64,000 nucleotides of DNA from Candidatus Uhrbacteria bacterium. Lineage in GTDB: Bacteria > Patescibacteriota > Patescibacteriia > UBA9934 > UBA10169. The position numbers and the translations under genes were made by a program. Position 1 is the stretch's first letter. Every line of letters begins with the position of its first letter. This document shows positions 9,393-19,318 of the stretch, piece by piece. The stretch spans positions 226,385-290,384 of the forward strand of contig JACPJO010000005.1 in NCBI GenBank assembly GCA_016187485.1. Direction: 5' to 3'. Below the pieces are notes generated by a model. That model made no database searches. It was given only the letters and a program-made list of their open reading frames with translations, and was not told the DNA's origin.

Positions 9393-9461
9393 TTAGCCGT
9401 TCTGTTCGAGATACGCGAGATAGAAAGTATGAAACAGAATACGCCTATCTTGGCTTACGCA
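9393..9461 (-). pseudogene. C-terminal remnant of a third Cys-rich paralog
   Basis: Translates CVSQDRRILFHTFYLAYLEQNG*, versus PNRRILCRDCYLAYLEKNG* in paralog A; in-frame stop immediately upstream. Confidence 0.8.
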
Positions 9462-9483
9462 TCAATTTCTGGAGAAAAGTCTC

Positions 9484-10917
9484 TCATTTTAGTTCCCTCG
9501 CCGCTTTGGCAAATGCCTCGCCGAGTTGTTTAGCAGCTGACGTATCGCTGTAGCCCAACGCCGGAGAGAAAATGACAGCATCGGCACTTGTGGCCGCCTG
9601 ACTCGCCGTCACAACGGCATCTGGCATATTTTCTGCACGCAGTATTTTGACCTCCTCAGTTTTTCCCATCACATGCTCAAACGCATCGCTCCCCGCTCCC
9701 GGCAACAAGACAACACTCTTACACACCAGCTTGCACACCTTTGCGAGCTCGTCGAGGTTCCCTTCCTTTACGTCTCCACCGGAAATCAAATGAATCGAAC
9801 GCCCGCGTTCGCCAAATCGGCGCAGAACATTTGTCGTCGCTTCGGCCGAGGACCCAAGCGCATCGTTCACATAGATCACCCCCGACACATCAGTGACAAT
9901 CTCTTGGCGATCATCTTCAGAAGAAAACGCTTTCACAACTTCCGCGCAAGATGCATTCTCCACGCTGTAAAGTTTTGCAACCGCAATCGCCGCAAGCACA
10001 TTACGCACATTATCGTCGCCTTCGAGATGAATGTTAGAGACAGGCATGATGATGTCATTCAAAGAGGTGACGTTCCCATCCTTCACACACACCCCCTCCT
10101 TCCCTTCCAGCAGTAAGAGCGAAAACCAAACGACGCGTCCTGGTGCTTTCTCTGCTAATCCTCTTACTTGATCTTGATCAGCATTCAACACGGCAATGCC
10201 ATCCTTTCCCCCTTTTGCAAACACCCCAACCTTTGATGCCGCATACGCCTCCATCGACGCATAGCGATGTAAGTGATCGGCATACATGTTGGTCAACACC
10301 CCGACCTCTGGCCCACGATCAAGATGATCGAGACTCTCAAGCAACCAGGACGACAACTCAAGCACAATCGGCGCGGGTTCTTTCCATGCAAGAATCTCGT
10401 CCAAATATTCAAGTGGCGACACGCGCATGTTTCCCGCCACAATCGTTTGAGGATTCTTCTTTTTTAGAAGTTCGCCGATCAATGCCGTCGTGGTCGTCTT
10501 GCCACGCGCCCCGGTAACACCGATCACCGGATACGGACAAAACTGAAAAAATAAACTCACATCTGATTCCACCGGCACCCTATGCGCATACGCCATCTTC
10601 ACCCACGGCGAATCATGCGGCACATCGGGATTCGTGATGACAAGCGCCACATCCGTGAAATCCTCTTCACGATGTTCGCCCAGCACAAAAATCGGGTGGT
10701 ACAACTCCCGGTCGGGAAGTGTTTGGCGATATTCTTCAAACCACCGTGTAACTTCATCCACCGATTCACGAAGCTCCTCGTTCGTTCGATGATCGGTAAT
10801 CACCACTTGCGCGCCATGACGGATGAGCCACTTTGTTGCGCCTACGCCGCTTCCGCGTTTTAAGCGACCAAGCCCCATGACCGTCACAACAGCATCTTGA
10901 ATATTGGAGACCTCCAT
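9484..10917 (-). CDS. murD: MurD-family ligase (divergent C-terminal domain)
   Basis: VMGLG, GVTGARGKTTT, VLELSSWLLE, TNMYADHL.RY; start reassigned to MEVSNIQ. Confidence 0.85.
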   Translation of the reverse strand: MEVSNIQDAVVTVMGLGRLKRGSGVGATKWLIRHGAQVVITDHRTNEELRESVDEVTRWFEEYRQTLPDRELYHPIFVLGEHREEDFTDVALVITNPDVPHDSPWVKMAYAHRVPVESDVSLFFQFCPYPVIGVTGARGKTTTTALIGELLKKKNPQTIVAGNMRVSPLEYLDEILAWKEPAPIVLELSSWLLESLDHLDRGPEVGVLTNMYADHLHRYASMEAYAASKVGVFAKGGKDGIAVLNADQDQVRGLAEKAPGRVVWFSLLLLEGKEGVCVKDGNVTSLNDIIMPVSNIHLEGDDNVRNVLAAIAVAKLYSVENASCAEVVKAFSSEDDRQEIVTDVSGVIYVNDALGSSAEATTNVLRRFGERGRSIHLISGGDVKEGNLDELAKVCKLVCKSVVLLPGAGSDAFEHVMGKTEEVKILRAENMPDAVVTASQAATSADAVIFSPALGYSDTSAAKQLGEAFAKAARELK

Positions 10918-10931
10918 AAAACAGAAGCATT

Positions 10932-11576
10932 TTACCTCTTGTGCCAAGAAGATGCCACCAACGCTCCGGCCACTTGGCCCCACATGCGCACATACTGCCA
11001 TAGTCCGCGCCGCCACCCGACCTTCGCCACTTTTGTCCGGATACGCACACCCGTAAGGAGAATCGCTTGTATTCTCCCTCCTTTTTCCCGACATAATGCG
11101 TTGAGAGCAATCTCCACACGATACCCCGAGAGCTGTCCAGACGGGCACGAGAGGAAAAGGGTGCGCGACAGACATCGTTCCCCGCTCACAAGGGGGAGAA
11201 GACGCATAAGCGCAACCAGCAAGGCTCCGCGATCCCGGAGCCCCACACTCATCACGGCTTGCCCTCGCTCCACGGGCTCAAAAAGTTTTTGCACGTGTTC
11301 ATGGGTGATACCGTAGATATCCGCATCCAAAAACATGACAAATGCCGTGTGCGCTGCCTCGACCCCCACACACATGGCGTGTCCCTTTCCTCCGCGGGCC
11401 AAAAGCTCAATCACGCGGGCGCCAGCCATATGAGCCCTTTGCACTGTCCTGTCCGTTGAACCATCCGAGACAACTAAAACTTCCTCCACAAGCGGAGCAT
11501 TCTTTACTGCCGCCGCAACATCCCCAACGGTAGCTTCTTCATTGTAGGCAGGAATGACGATGGTGAGAGATTTCAT
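10932..11576 (-). CDS. Glycosyltransferase family 2
   Basis: IVIPAYNEE, SDGSTD, GGKG, FLDAD; ATGA overlap with the ATPase stop. Confidence 0.88.
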   Translation of the reverse strand: MKSLTIVIPAYNEEATVGDVAAAVKNAPLVEEVLVVSDGSTDRTVQRAHMAGARVIELLARGGKGHAMCVGVEAAHTAFVMFLDADIYGITHEHVQKLFEPVERGQAVMSVGLRDRGALLVALMRLLPLVSGERCLSRTLFLSCPSGQLSGYRVEIALNALCREKGGRIQAILLTGVRIRTKVAKVGWRRGLWQYVRMWGQVAGALVASSWHKR

Positions 11577-14197
11577 ACAGCGAGCGGTTTGGTAAGCGGG
11601 CGACGAAAAACCCGCATACCCCACTTATAGCACTCCACAAGAGCAAGCTCCGCAATAATAATCCCGCCGATCCACGCAAGGTGTACGGGCACTGGCAGAA
11701 CAAAACCAAACACGGGGAAAAACACCGGCAGAAAAGCAACGGCCGTCAGTGCAACACCGATAAGAAAAGAGAGATTGAGCAAGCGATTCGTGAAGAAACC
11801 ATCTTGCCATAACGTTGTGCGCGAACGCCGCAAAGGAAATGCTAAAGCGAGCGTTTGAAGTGAGACGAGCACAAAAATGACGGAACGTGCAGACGAAACT
11901 TCTGTTCCAAACGAGAGAAGAATAGCGTAAAGGATAAAAGGGATCGCAGAGAGAACAAGACCGAGACCAAAGACAAGCCCACGCATCTGCACATCGACAA
12001 TAGGCGTGCGACGGGGGCGCGGGGACTCCTCCATTACCCTTGCTTCTGCCGGATCAATCGTGAGCGCCAACGCAGGCGCAGAATCCGTGAGAAGGTTGAT
12101 ATAGAGAATGGGGGCTGCCAGCAACGGAGCAGGTAGCTTTGTAAAAATAGAAAGGATCACAAGGATCATTTCCGTCCAACTTGTAAGCAGGAGGAAGCTT
12201 ACAATCTTGCGGATATTTTCAAACATCGTCCTTCCCTCCTCGATCGCGGCAACAATCGTCTCCAAGTTGTTGTCGAGCAACACCATGTCTGCCGCTTCCT
12301 TTGCCACCTGCGAACCCGTGCCGAGCGCCACCCCCACATCCGCAGCCGCAAGTGCCGGCGCATCATTGACGCCATCGCCCGTCATGGCTACGACGCCGCC
12401 GTTGGTCTGCCACGCCCGCACAATACGCACCTTATGTTCCGGCAGAACACGCGCAAACACATCCACAGAAATGATGTGTTCCGCCAGCTCACGATCCGTC
12501 ATGCGGTCAACCTCTGTGCCAACAAGCACGCGCGGAACAGCGGCAAGGCGAATTTCTTTCGCTATTGTCTCGGCAGTTTCAGGATGGTCGCCCGTAATCA
12601 TTACCGTGCGTACACCGGCGGCACGCGCCCGTGCAATAGTGTCCGCCGCGGTTGCCCGCACCGGGTCGTGAAGCGCTATCCAACCGACAAACACACATTG
12701 ATCAAGCGTGAGAGAATCCAAACTTTTTTCCCCGTCGGCGGGCATAAAAGCAATGCCAAGCACGCGCAGCCCACGCCGTGTTTGTTCCCCGGCTTTGTGG
12801 AGAAATTGCTCACGCTGCTCGGGCGAAAGCATCTCCACTCCCCCTACTCCCAATGTACGCGAACACATACCAAGCACATGCTCTACCGCCCCTTTCACCA
12901 GCACTTCGTGAGAACCTTCCATATTTTCTGTAAGTACCACCATGTACTTGCGCGCAGAATCGAAGGGGATCTCATCTGCCCGATGATGCCGTTGCCGAAG
13001 ATCATCCACTTTGTATCCAAGATCTTTTCCTAGAAGTAACAGCGCCGTCTCGGTAGGCGATCCAAGTTCGGGAGACGTCGCGTCATTGCAGATCATGCCG
13101 ACTTCGATCATCTTGCGGCGCGCATGAGACATGCCGGCCTGGGAAAGCGCCGAGACTTCCGCGGGACCTTCCTGTGTCATGAGTACGGATGCGCGCATCT
13201 TTGCCTCGGTGATCGTTCCTGTCTTGTCGGCACAAATCACGCTCACGCTCCCGAGAGTCTCGGTGGCAATAAGCCGTCGGACAAGAGCCTTGCGCCCCAG
13301 CATGCGACGCATGCCCACGGCCAGAACAACGGTCACGGCCACAAGAAGCCCCTCGGGAATTGCGGCGACCGCGAGCGCTACGGCGAGAAAAAACATGTCC
13401 GACACTGTCGTGCCACTCGCCCATCCCACAAAAAAGATGAGAACAGAAAGGGATAAGAAAAGCACAGACAGAAACCGCCCGAGCTGACGCAGTTCTCTTT
13501 GAAGCGGCGTCTCTGGTTCCCGAGCTTCTCCCACCATTTTTGCAATCCGGCCGATCTCGGTATCCTTGCCCGTCGCCGTCACCACCACTTCGGCGCGACC
13601 CGCCACAATCAGAGTGCCCGCGTAGAGCATATTTGTCCGTTCAGCAAGCGGCGTCTCAAGAGAAAGCGCCCCTGTCGCCTTTGCTACCGGAAGGGACTCT
13701 CCGGTAAGCGGCGCTTCGTCCGCTTCCAAATGCTCCGCGCGCAACAGCCGCGCATCCGCCGGTACGCGATCTCCAAGCCCGAGCAATACAACATCACCGG
13801 GAACAACCTGCATCGTCTCGATTTCCTGTGCTTCACCAGCACGCCGCACGCGACACGTTTGCACGAAAAAGTTCTGTAACTCTTCAAGCGCATGGTTGGC
13901 TTTGTACTCCTGCAAGAATCCAACAGTGACATTAACCAGAGCAGCGCCAACGATAAAAAAGGCATCGACCAGATCTCCCACAAACACGCTTGCCACCGCC
14001 GCAAGAAGGAGGATTCCCATGAGAGGGCTCTTCGTCTGGCGGAGAAGAATAGTGACCGACCCTGCAGGTTTCTTGCGGGGCAAAGTGTTGAGTCCGTGTG
14101 TATGCAGACGCTCGGTGGCTTCGTCTGCGGAAAGGCCAGTTGCGCGCCCACGAAGACGTTCGAGCACATGCATTTCGGATGTCGTATGAAACAACAT
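11573..14197 (-). CDS. Cation-transporting P-type ATPase (type II, Ca2+-like)
   Basis: LTGES, PEGL, DKTGT, KGA, TGDH, GDGVNDAPAL. Confidence 0.95.
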   Translation of the reverse strand: MLFHTTSEMHVLERLRGRATGLSADEATERLHTHGLNTLPRKKPAGSVTILLRQTKSPLMGILLLAAVASVFVGDLVDAFFIVGAALVNVTVGFLQEYKANHALEELQNFFVQTCRVRRAGEAQEIETMQVVPGDVVLLGLGDRVPADARLLRAEHLEADEAPLTGESLPVAKATGALSLETPLAERTNMLYAGTLIVAGRAEVVVTATGKDTEIGRIAKMVGEAREPETPLQRELRQLGRFLSVLFLSLSVLIFFVGWASGTTVSDMFFLAVALAVAAIPEGLLVAVTVVLAVGMRRMLGRKALVRRLIATETLGSVSVICADKTGTITEAKMRASVLMTQEGPAEVSALSQAGMSHARRKMIEVGMICNDATSPELGSPTETALLLLGKDLGYKVDDLRQRHHRADEIPFDSARKYMVVLTENMEGSHEVLVKGAVEHVLGMCSRTLGVGGVEMLSPEQREQFLHKAGEQTRRGLRVLGIAFMPADGEKSLDSLTLDQCVFVGWIALHDPVRATAADTIARARAAGVRTVMITGDHPETAETIAKEIRLAAVPRVLVGTEVDRMTDRELAEHIISVDVFARVLPEHKVRIVRAWQTNGGVVAMTGDGVNDAPALAAADVGVALGTGSQVAKEAADMVLLDNNLETIVAAIEEGRTMFENIRKIVSFLLLTSWTEMILVILSIFTKLPAPLLAAPILYINLLTDSAPALALTIDPAEARVMEESPRPRRTPIVDVQMRGLVFGLGLVLSAIPFILYAILLSFGTEVSSARSVIFVLVSLQTLALAFPLRRSRTTLWQDGFFTNRLLNLSFLIGVALTAVAFLPVFFPVFGFVLPVPVHLAWIGGIIIAELALVECYKWGMRVFRRPLTKPLAV

Positions 14198-14202
14198 ACA
14201 CC

Positions 14203-15330
14203 TCAGTGACGCACCGTGCGGTACACCTCCTCTGTCTCTTTCACAATATTTTCCCAGTGAAAATACGCGCGGACCGTCGCACGAGAACGCGCACGCGCTG
14301 ACTCAAGTTCGTGCGGGTGGCGCAACAGATGGAGAAGCTTGTCTTTCAAATCATCCACGTTTTTATTCGCAAAAGAAAATCCCGCATGGTGCATAGCTTC
14401 AAGATTCTCCGGAATATCACTCACAAGAACAGGAAGCCCGTAACTCATGGCCTCAAGCACCACAAGCGGGAGCCCCTCTGCGGAGGAAGGGTGCACGTAA
14501 AGAGCTGCGTGCGCAAAAAGTTCTGCAAGCGATTCCCCTTCTTGAAAGCCTAAAAAATGAATTTGACTATCTCCGCCGGCGCGAAATTTAAGATCGTGCA
14601 TGTACGCGTCGGTAAAACTCGGAGCCCCCACAAATACGAGGTCTGGGAGCGCATGTCCCTCCTGTTTCAGTGCGCGATAAGCATCAATAAGAACGTGTAT
14701 GCCCTTGTGCGGCACCATCCGACCCACTTGCAGAAGATAATGGCGCGGACGAAGGCCGAAGCGCGTGACCCACGCGTCACTCGTCACCGTACGTTCAACA
14801 GCTCCGTTTGGAATATAAATGACTTCGCGCCCAAAACGTTCCCGGCAAAAGACTTGAATCGTATGACTCACGGCAATACACGCATGGGGAAATCTTACCG
14901 CAGCCCACTCGCCAAAATACAAATACCAACGTGCGAAAAAACTCCATTTGGCATGAAAACGATCTTGGGAGTGAAACGTCACGATAATTTTTGTGTGATG
15001 TAAAAAAATCCGTGGAATCCAGGCAAGCGTCGCCGGACCTACGCCGTGGTAGTGGATAATGTCGTAGGATCCAAAGAGTGCGTGCGCGGTCGCCAAAAAG
15101 GAATGAACAATAGCTTCAAGATTTTTTCGATAAAGCGTGGGAAGATACACCATATACACACCCTCCACGCGTGTCCCCTTCTGCTCCATGTATCGCCGAC
15201 GCGCATAGACAAATACGTCATGTTTCCCTCCACGCGCAAGCCGCGTCGCCACCGCCTCCACATGCGTTTCAATGCCTCCGCCGCGCGCGCCAGTCTGGAT
15301 CCCTTTTTGTCCAATCATCGCAATGCGCAT
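14203..15330 (-). CDS. Glycosyltransferase family 4
   Basis: GGIETHV, GRMVPHKG, EGLPLVVLEAMSYG. Confidence 0.92.
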   Translation of the reverse strand: MRIAMIGQKGIQTGARGGGIETHVEAVATRLARGGKHDVFVYARRRYMEQKGTRVEGVYMVYLPTLYRKNLEAIVHSFLATAHALFGSYDIIHYHGVGPATLAWIPRIFLHHTKIIVTFHSQDRFHAKWSFFARWYLYFGEWAAVRFPHACIAVSHTIQVFCRERFGREVIYIPNGAVERTVTSDAWVTRFGLRPRHYLLQVGRMVPHKGIHVLIDAYRALKQEGHALPDLVFVGAPSFTDAYMHDLKFRAGGDSQIHFLGFQEGESLAELFAHAALYVHPSSAEGLPLVVLEAMSYGLPVLVSDIPENLEAMHHAGFSFANKNVDDLKDKLLHLLRHPHELESARARSRATVRAYFHWENIVKETEEVYRTVRH

Positions 15331-15353
15331 AATACGGCATTGTAGCGTGGGTT

Positions 15354-15390
15354 AAAAAAAAAGAACACCCCGCACACGCGGGGGTTCTTT
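15354..15390 (-). terminator. Rho-independent terminator
   Basis: aagaacaccccgc-acac-gcgggggttctt hairpin with an A run on plus (U tail on minus). Confidence 0.75.
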
Positions 15391-15518
15391 TACTCTTCGT
15401 CTGCATCGTCTGCCGTATCATCCGCGGAGTCTTCACCCTCATCGGCGTCGAGATCCACTTCCTTCTCGTCGCTTTCGGTGGACTCCATGTCGTCGTTTGG
15501 CATGATGTCGTCGTCCAT
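15390..15518 (-). CDS. 42-aa highly acidic microprotein
   Basis: MDDDIMPNDDMESTESDEKEVDLDADEGEDSADDTADDADEE*; TTGCCT-16-TATAAT upstream and a terminator downstream. Confidence 0.7.
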   Translation of the reverse strand: MDDDIMPNDDMESTESDEKEVDLDADEGEDSADDTADDADEE

Positions 15519-15625
15519 AGGGGCGGCCAACCTTATGAATTAGATGGAGCGTATTATACTAAGCATAGAACGGAAGGCAAGTATCTTGTCAAGAGATAGA
15601 AAAATTGGTACGCTCTGACCCGTAT

Positions 15626-15700
15626 GCGCCGGTAGCTCAGTGGTAGAGCAGGAGCCTTTTAAGCTCAAGGTCGAGGGTCCGATCCCCTCCCGGCGCACCA
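15626..15700 (+). tRNA. tRNA-Lys(TTT)
   Basis: GCGCCGG/CCGGCGC acceptor, GCTC/GAGC D-stem, anticodon loop CTTTTAA, encoded CCA; T-loop TCCGATC. Confidence 0.92.
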
Positions 15701-16756
15701 TGATTGAAGGTCCTGGGCAATACGGCGCGCGACACCGATAACAGGAAAAAGCGAACGGATATTTTTTTCAAATTCTTGCCGTCGATTCAGAGCCTCGTGA
15801 ATCTTTGGGAGCAATGATGTCGGGGACGGATCCCGCAGAACAAGAGCCGCCCCGGCTTTTTCTGCAATGTGCGCATTTTTTTCTTGCGCGCCACGGAGAG
15901 GGACAAGCACCGCCGCTTTCCCGCCGGCCACCACATCAGCAAGCGCACCCATGCCCGCACGCGTCACCACCACATCGGCCAGCGCCATCGCGTGACTATA
16001 CGTTTCTTGCAGTTCCTCATGAACTACGTAGCCGTCCGGTTGCACACGCCCGATAAAAATATGCTTCCCCTTTCCCGTCAGGTGGATGACATTGTACGCC
16101 TGCGTTAACGTCATCGCCGCAGCTTCAAAACAATGATTCAAAGAGGATGACCCTAACCCTCCACCAAGAACCAGAATCGTTGGACGATGTTCCGTAAGAG
16201 AAGGGAACGCCGCACGCGCTGTTTCGCGCGATGGCAGATGTGTGCGGTCCGCGCTTATCGCCATCCCCACTACTCGTACATCTGCACCAAACTGCCGTCG
16301 TGTCCCTTCCCACACACCATAGAATCTATCGGCAATCGGAGCAATCAAACGATTGGCAAGCCCGGGTTTTACATCAAGCTGGTAGGCCATAACCCGCGCG
16401 CGACACCCTTTTCCCGCCCAGACGAGCGGCACGCTTACGTAGCTGCCAGCCGAGAGAATCCACGCGGGGCGAAGACGCTGGACAAGTCGCCACGATAACC
16501 ACAAAGACCTCACCGTGCGGGGAAGGATAAGAAGCCACGAAAGACTCGGGTAGCGTGTGAGCTTCGGCGCAGAAAGCGCGTAAAACGGTATGCCGGCCGC
16601 GCGCACAAACCGCTCCTCCGGCCCCTCATGCGTCCCCGCCCAGACAAATTCCACGGATGCATCAAGAGCGCGCCACGCTTCCGCAATGGCAAGAAGCGGT
16701 GTCACGGAACCGAGCGTCCCTCCGCCTGTTAAAAGAATAATTTTACCTTCTTGCAT
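15665..16756 (-). CDS. murG: MurG N-acetylglucosaminyltransferase
   Basis: TGGGTLGSVTP, GSYVSVP, PGLANR, GGGLGS, RAGMG; follows ftsW. Confidence 0.9.
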   Translation of the reverse strand: MQEGKIILLTGGGTLGSVTPLLAIAEAWRALDASVEFVWAGTHEGPEERFVRAAGIPFYALSAPKLTRYPSLSWLLILPRTVRSLWLSWRLVQRLRPAWILSAGSYVSVPLVWAGKGCRARVMAYQLDVKPGLANRLIAPIADRFYGVWEGTRRQFGADVRVVGMAISADRTHLPSRETARAAFPSLTEHRPTILVLGGGLGSSSLNHCFEAAAMTLTQAYNVIHLTGKGKHIFIGRVQPDGYVVHEELQETYSHAMALADVVVTRAGMGALADVVAGGKAAVLVPLRGAQEKNAHIAEKAGAALVLRDPSPTSLLPKIHEALNRRQEFEKNIRSLFPVIGVARRIAQDLQSWCAGRGSDPRP

Positions 16757-17852
16757 AGCGTGAAACATTAAGGACAACGCCGATTGCGCCCATCGTAATG
16801 GCAAGTGATGTGCCACCGTAACTCACAAGGGGGAGCGTCACACCCGTGATAGGCAGAAGGCTCATCATCGCGCCAATGTTCACGAACGCCTGGAGAACAA
16901 GCCACGAGACAATCCCTACCACAACGTAGCGGCCGAAGCGGTCTGGCGCGCCGGCAGCAATACGTAAGCCTCGCAGAAACAGTGCGACAAAAAGAAGGAT
17001 GAGAGGAACGGTGAAAAGAAACCCAAGCTCTTCGGCAATAACCGCAAAGATCGAATCCCCAACCACTTCCGGCAGATATTGGAATTTTTGAATGGAGTGA
17101 CCAAACCCTCGCCCGATCCACCCGCCCGTTCCAATAGCAAGAAGTGCCTGATTCACATGATACCCGATCCCAAGTGGATCACGGAGTGGGTCTAGAAAAG
17201 CAACAAAGCGGGCCAGACGATACGGCGCAACCAGCACAAGAATCCCTACAATGAAAGCACCGGCACACGCCAGAATCCCCACGTGCGAGAGGCGCGCGCC
17301 CGCCGCAAAGAATACCGCAAGCGCCATCGCGGCGAGAATGACCATCGTCCCCACGTCTGGCTGGAGGGCCATGAGAAACAAGATGATGCCGAGCACTGTC
17401 GCAAACGGCAAAAGCCCCGATGAAAGGTCTTGTACATTTGATGTGTCACGCCGCTCAAGCCACGCTGCCAAATAAAACAAGAACGTCAACTTCACAATCT
17501 CTGCCGGTTGAAGAGAAAACAACCCGCCAAATTGAATCCATGATTGCGAGGTGCCAAACTCCGCGCGCAATCCGGGAATAAAAACGAGCACCAGCAGAAC
17601 GATGCTCACGAGAAGAAGCTCCCACGCCCATGTGCGCCACCACTGATACGGAAGGCGTGAAAGGACAATCATGATGGCAAGTCCCGGGAGAAATCCGAAG
17701 ATCAGCTGATGTTTCAAAAAGTAATACGTATCTCCAAACTGCGCGTATCCTGTCGGCCCGCCCGCGGAGGCCAACATGAGAAGACCAAGCACCAATAACG
17801 CGACGGCAACAAGGAGAAACGGAACGTCCATGCCATGTGCGCTCCCCCGCAT
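16743..17852 (-). CDS. ftsW: SEDS peptidoglycan polymerase FtsW
   Basis: SLQPAEIVK, QPDVGT, YLPE..GDSIFAVIAEELG, PITGVTLPLVSYGGTS. Confidence 0.93.
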   Translation of the reverse strand: MRGSAHGMDVPFLLVAVALLVLGLLMLASAGGPTGYAQFGDTYYFLKHQLIFGFLPGLAIMIVLSRLPYQWWRTWAWELLLVSIVLLVLVFIPGLRAEFGTSQSWIQFGGLFSLQPAEIVKLTFLFYLAAWLERRDTSNVQDLSSGLLPFATVLGIILFLMALQPDVGTMVILAAMALAVFFAAGARLSHVGILACAGAFIVGILVLVAPYRLARFVAFLDPLRDPLGIGYHVNQALLAIGTGGWIGRGFGHSIQKFQYLPEVVGDSIFAVIAEELGFLFTVPLILLFVALFLRGLRIAAGAPDRFGRYVVVGIVSWLVLQAFVNIGAMMSLLPITGVTLPLVSYGGTSLAITMGAIGVVLNVSRYARR

Positions 17853-17853
17853 A

Positions 17854-18915
17854 TTATGGCCGCAAGAGAACATCGAGCACCGCCAACGCCACACCCATCC
17901 CCGCCGCCACCATCGAAATTACCCATGCGCGCATGACAATCTTTGGCTCGGGCCACCCAACCGCCTCTAAGTGATGATGAAGCGGCGAAGAAAGAAAAAG
18001 TTTTTTCTTACGGATCCTTTTGGAGAACATCTGAAGGATACTCGAAAGCGATTCGATCACAAAAATAATACCGATAAGCGGCAGGAGAAGTGGCTGGTTT
18101 GTGAGCATGGCGATAACGCCAAGCGTAATGCCAAGCGACATAGACCCGGTGTCCCCCATGAAAAAACGTGCGGGATGAATATTGAACCACAGAAACGCCA
18201 AGAGCCCGCCGACCACGGCCGCACAGAGCGCGGCCAAAAATTCTCGGCCTTGCAGCAAGGCAATCGCCCCATAGGCACCAAACGAGGTGAGAAGGGCGCC
18301 GCCGGCCAGTCCATCAAGCCCGTCGGTTTGGTTCACAGAAAACGCCGTGGCTACAAGAATAAACGCGAACACGGGTATATACCACGGCCCAAGCGCCCAA
18401 TCTCCTACAAAGGGAATGTGCAAAGTGTCCCAATCCAACTTTGCATAGAACCACCAGGCGCCGACCAGAGCAATGGCAGTGAAAATAAGCAGACGATGGC
18501 GCGCGCGGAGGCCGCCGCCGTGTTTCCCGATACCCCGCGCATTCAAATAATCGTCCAGAAGTCCTACAACCGCCGAAGCAACAAGGGCCCCCAGCGGGAG
18601 CCACGTCTGCGATCGCACAAAAAAATTCAAGCGGTCCCAAAGGGCATTGGGAAACACGTCGGCGCCAGAAAGAAACGCAATGCCAAGAGAAAGTATCAGC
18701 ACCGGAATCCAGACGACAACGCCTCCCATTGTGGGAGTCCCCGCTTTCTTGGCATGAAGTGCGTGCATGATCGGCGCCTCTTTGGCGTCCCGAATGGTCT
18801 TCCCCATACGATAACGGTAAAGGATGTGCGTGACCACGGGTGTGATTGCCATCGAAACGCCGAAGGTCAAAACACTCACAAAGAGCACCCGCACCATAGC
18901 AAATGCTTGGACCAT
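17854..18915 (-). CDS. mraY: Phospho-N-acetylmuramoyl-pentapeptide transferase
   Basis: KAGTPTMGG, NQTDGLDGL, PARFFMGDTGS, PLHHH. Confidence 0.95.
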   Translation of the reverse strand: MVQAFAMVRVLFVSVLTFGVSMAITPVVTHILYRYRMGKTIRDAKEAPIMHALHAKKAGTPTMGGVVVWIPVLILSLGIAFLSGADVFPNALWDRLNFFVRSQTWLPLGALVASAVVGLLDDYLNARGIGKHGGGLRARHRLLIFTAIALVGAWWFYAKLDWDTLHIPFVGDWALGPWYIPVFAFILVATAFSVNQTDGLDGLAGGALLTSFGAYGAIALLQGREFLAALCAAVVGGLLAFLWFNIHPARFFMGDTGSMSLGITLGVIAMLTNQPLLLPLIGIIFVIESLSSILQMFSKRIRKKKLFLSSPLHHHLEAVGWPEPKIVMRAWVISMVAAGMGVALAVLDVLLRP

Positions 18916-18916
18916 A

Positions 18917-19318
18917 TTAACTGTTGAGGAGAAGAAGAAAGACGACCGCGACCGCAAGGCCCACGTGCACAAGCCCGAGCCCCCACAAAAAGGCGCCGAT
19001 CATAACACGTGAACCGTATGCTTCAAAACGCGGCAAAAGCGCGCCATGAAGAGCCGTGGCCGCAAGTCCAATAATCGGGATACTCAATCCAAGCCACCAC
19101 GGCCCGTAACGATCAATACCGGTGAACACATTATAATGGAGAGGGATAAAAACCTCGCTCTCGCCTCTTGGATACAGGCGCCACAGAAGCAGCATTGCAC
19201 TCACAAGTGGAAGAACGATGCCAAGAAGAAAGGGCGAGCGTGTCGGCCATTTCGCGTGCGAGAAGAACGCACCGCGAGCGCGCCAAAAAAGAAAAAACTG
19301 TTCACGCCGTTGTCTCAT
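18917..19318 (-). CDS. Hypothetical 3-TM membrane protein
   Basis: IPLHYNVFTGID motif; abuts mraY. Confidence 0.7.
   Translation of the reverse strand: MRQRREQFFLFWRARGAFFSHAKWPTRSPFLLGIVLPLVSAMLLLWRLYPRGESEVFIPLHYNVFTGIDRYGPWWLGLSIPIIGLAATALHGALLPRFEAYGSRVMIGAFLWGLGLVHVGLAVAVVFLLLLNS

Noticed and set aside
5835..9461. Diversity-generating retroelement or CRISPR array
   Set aside because: There is no reverse transcriptase or cas gene, paralog differences are not adenine-specific, and the repeats are kilobases apart.
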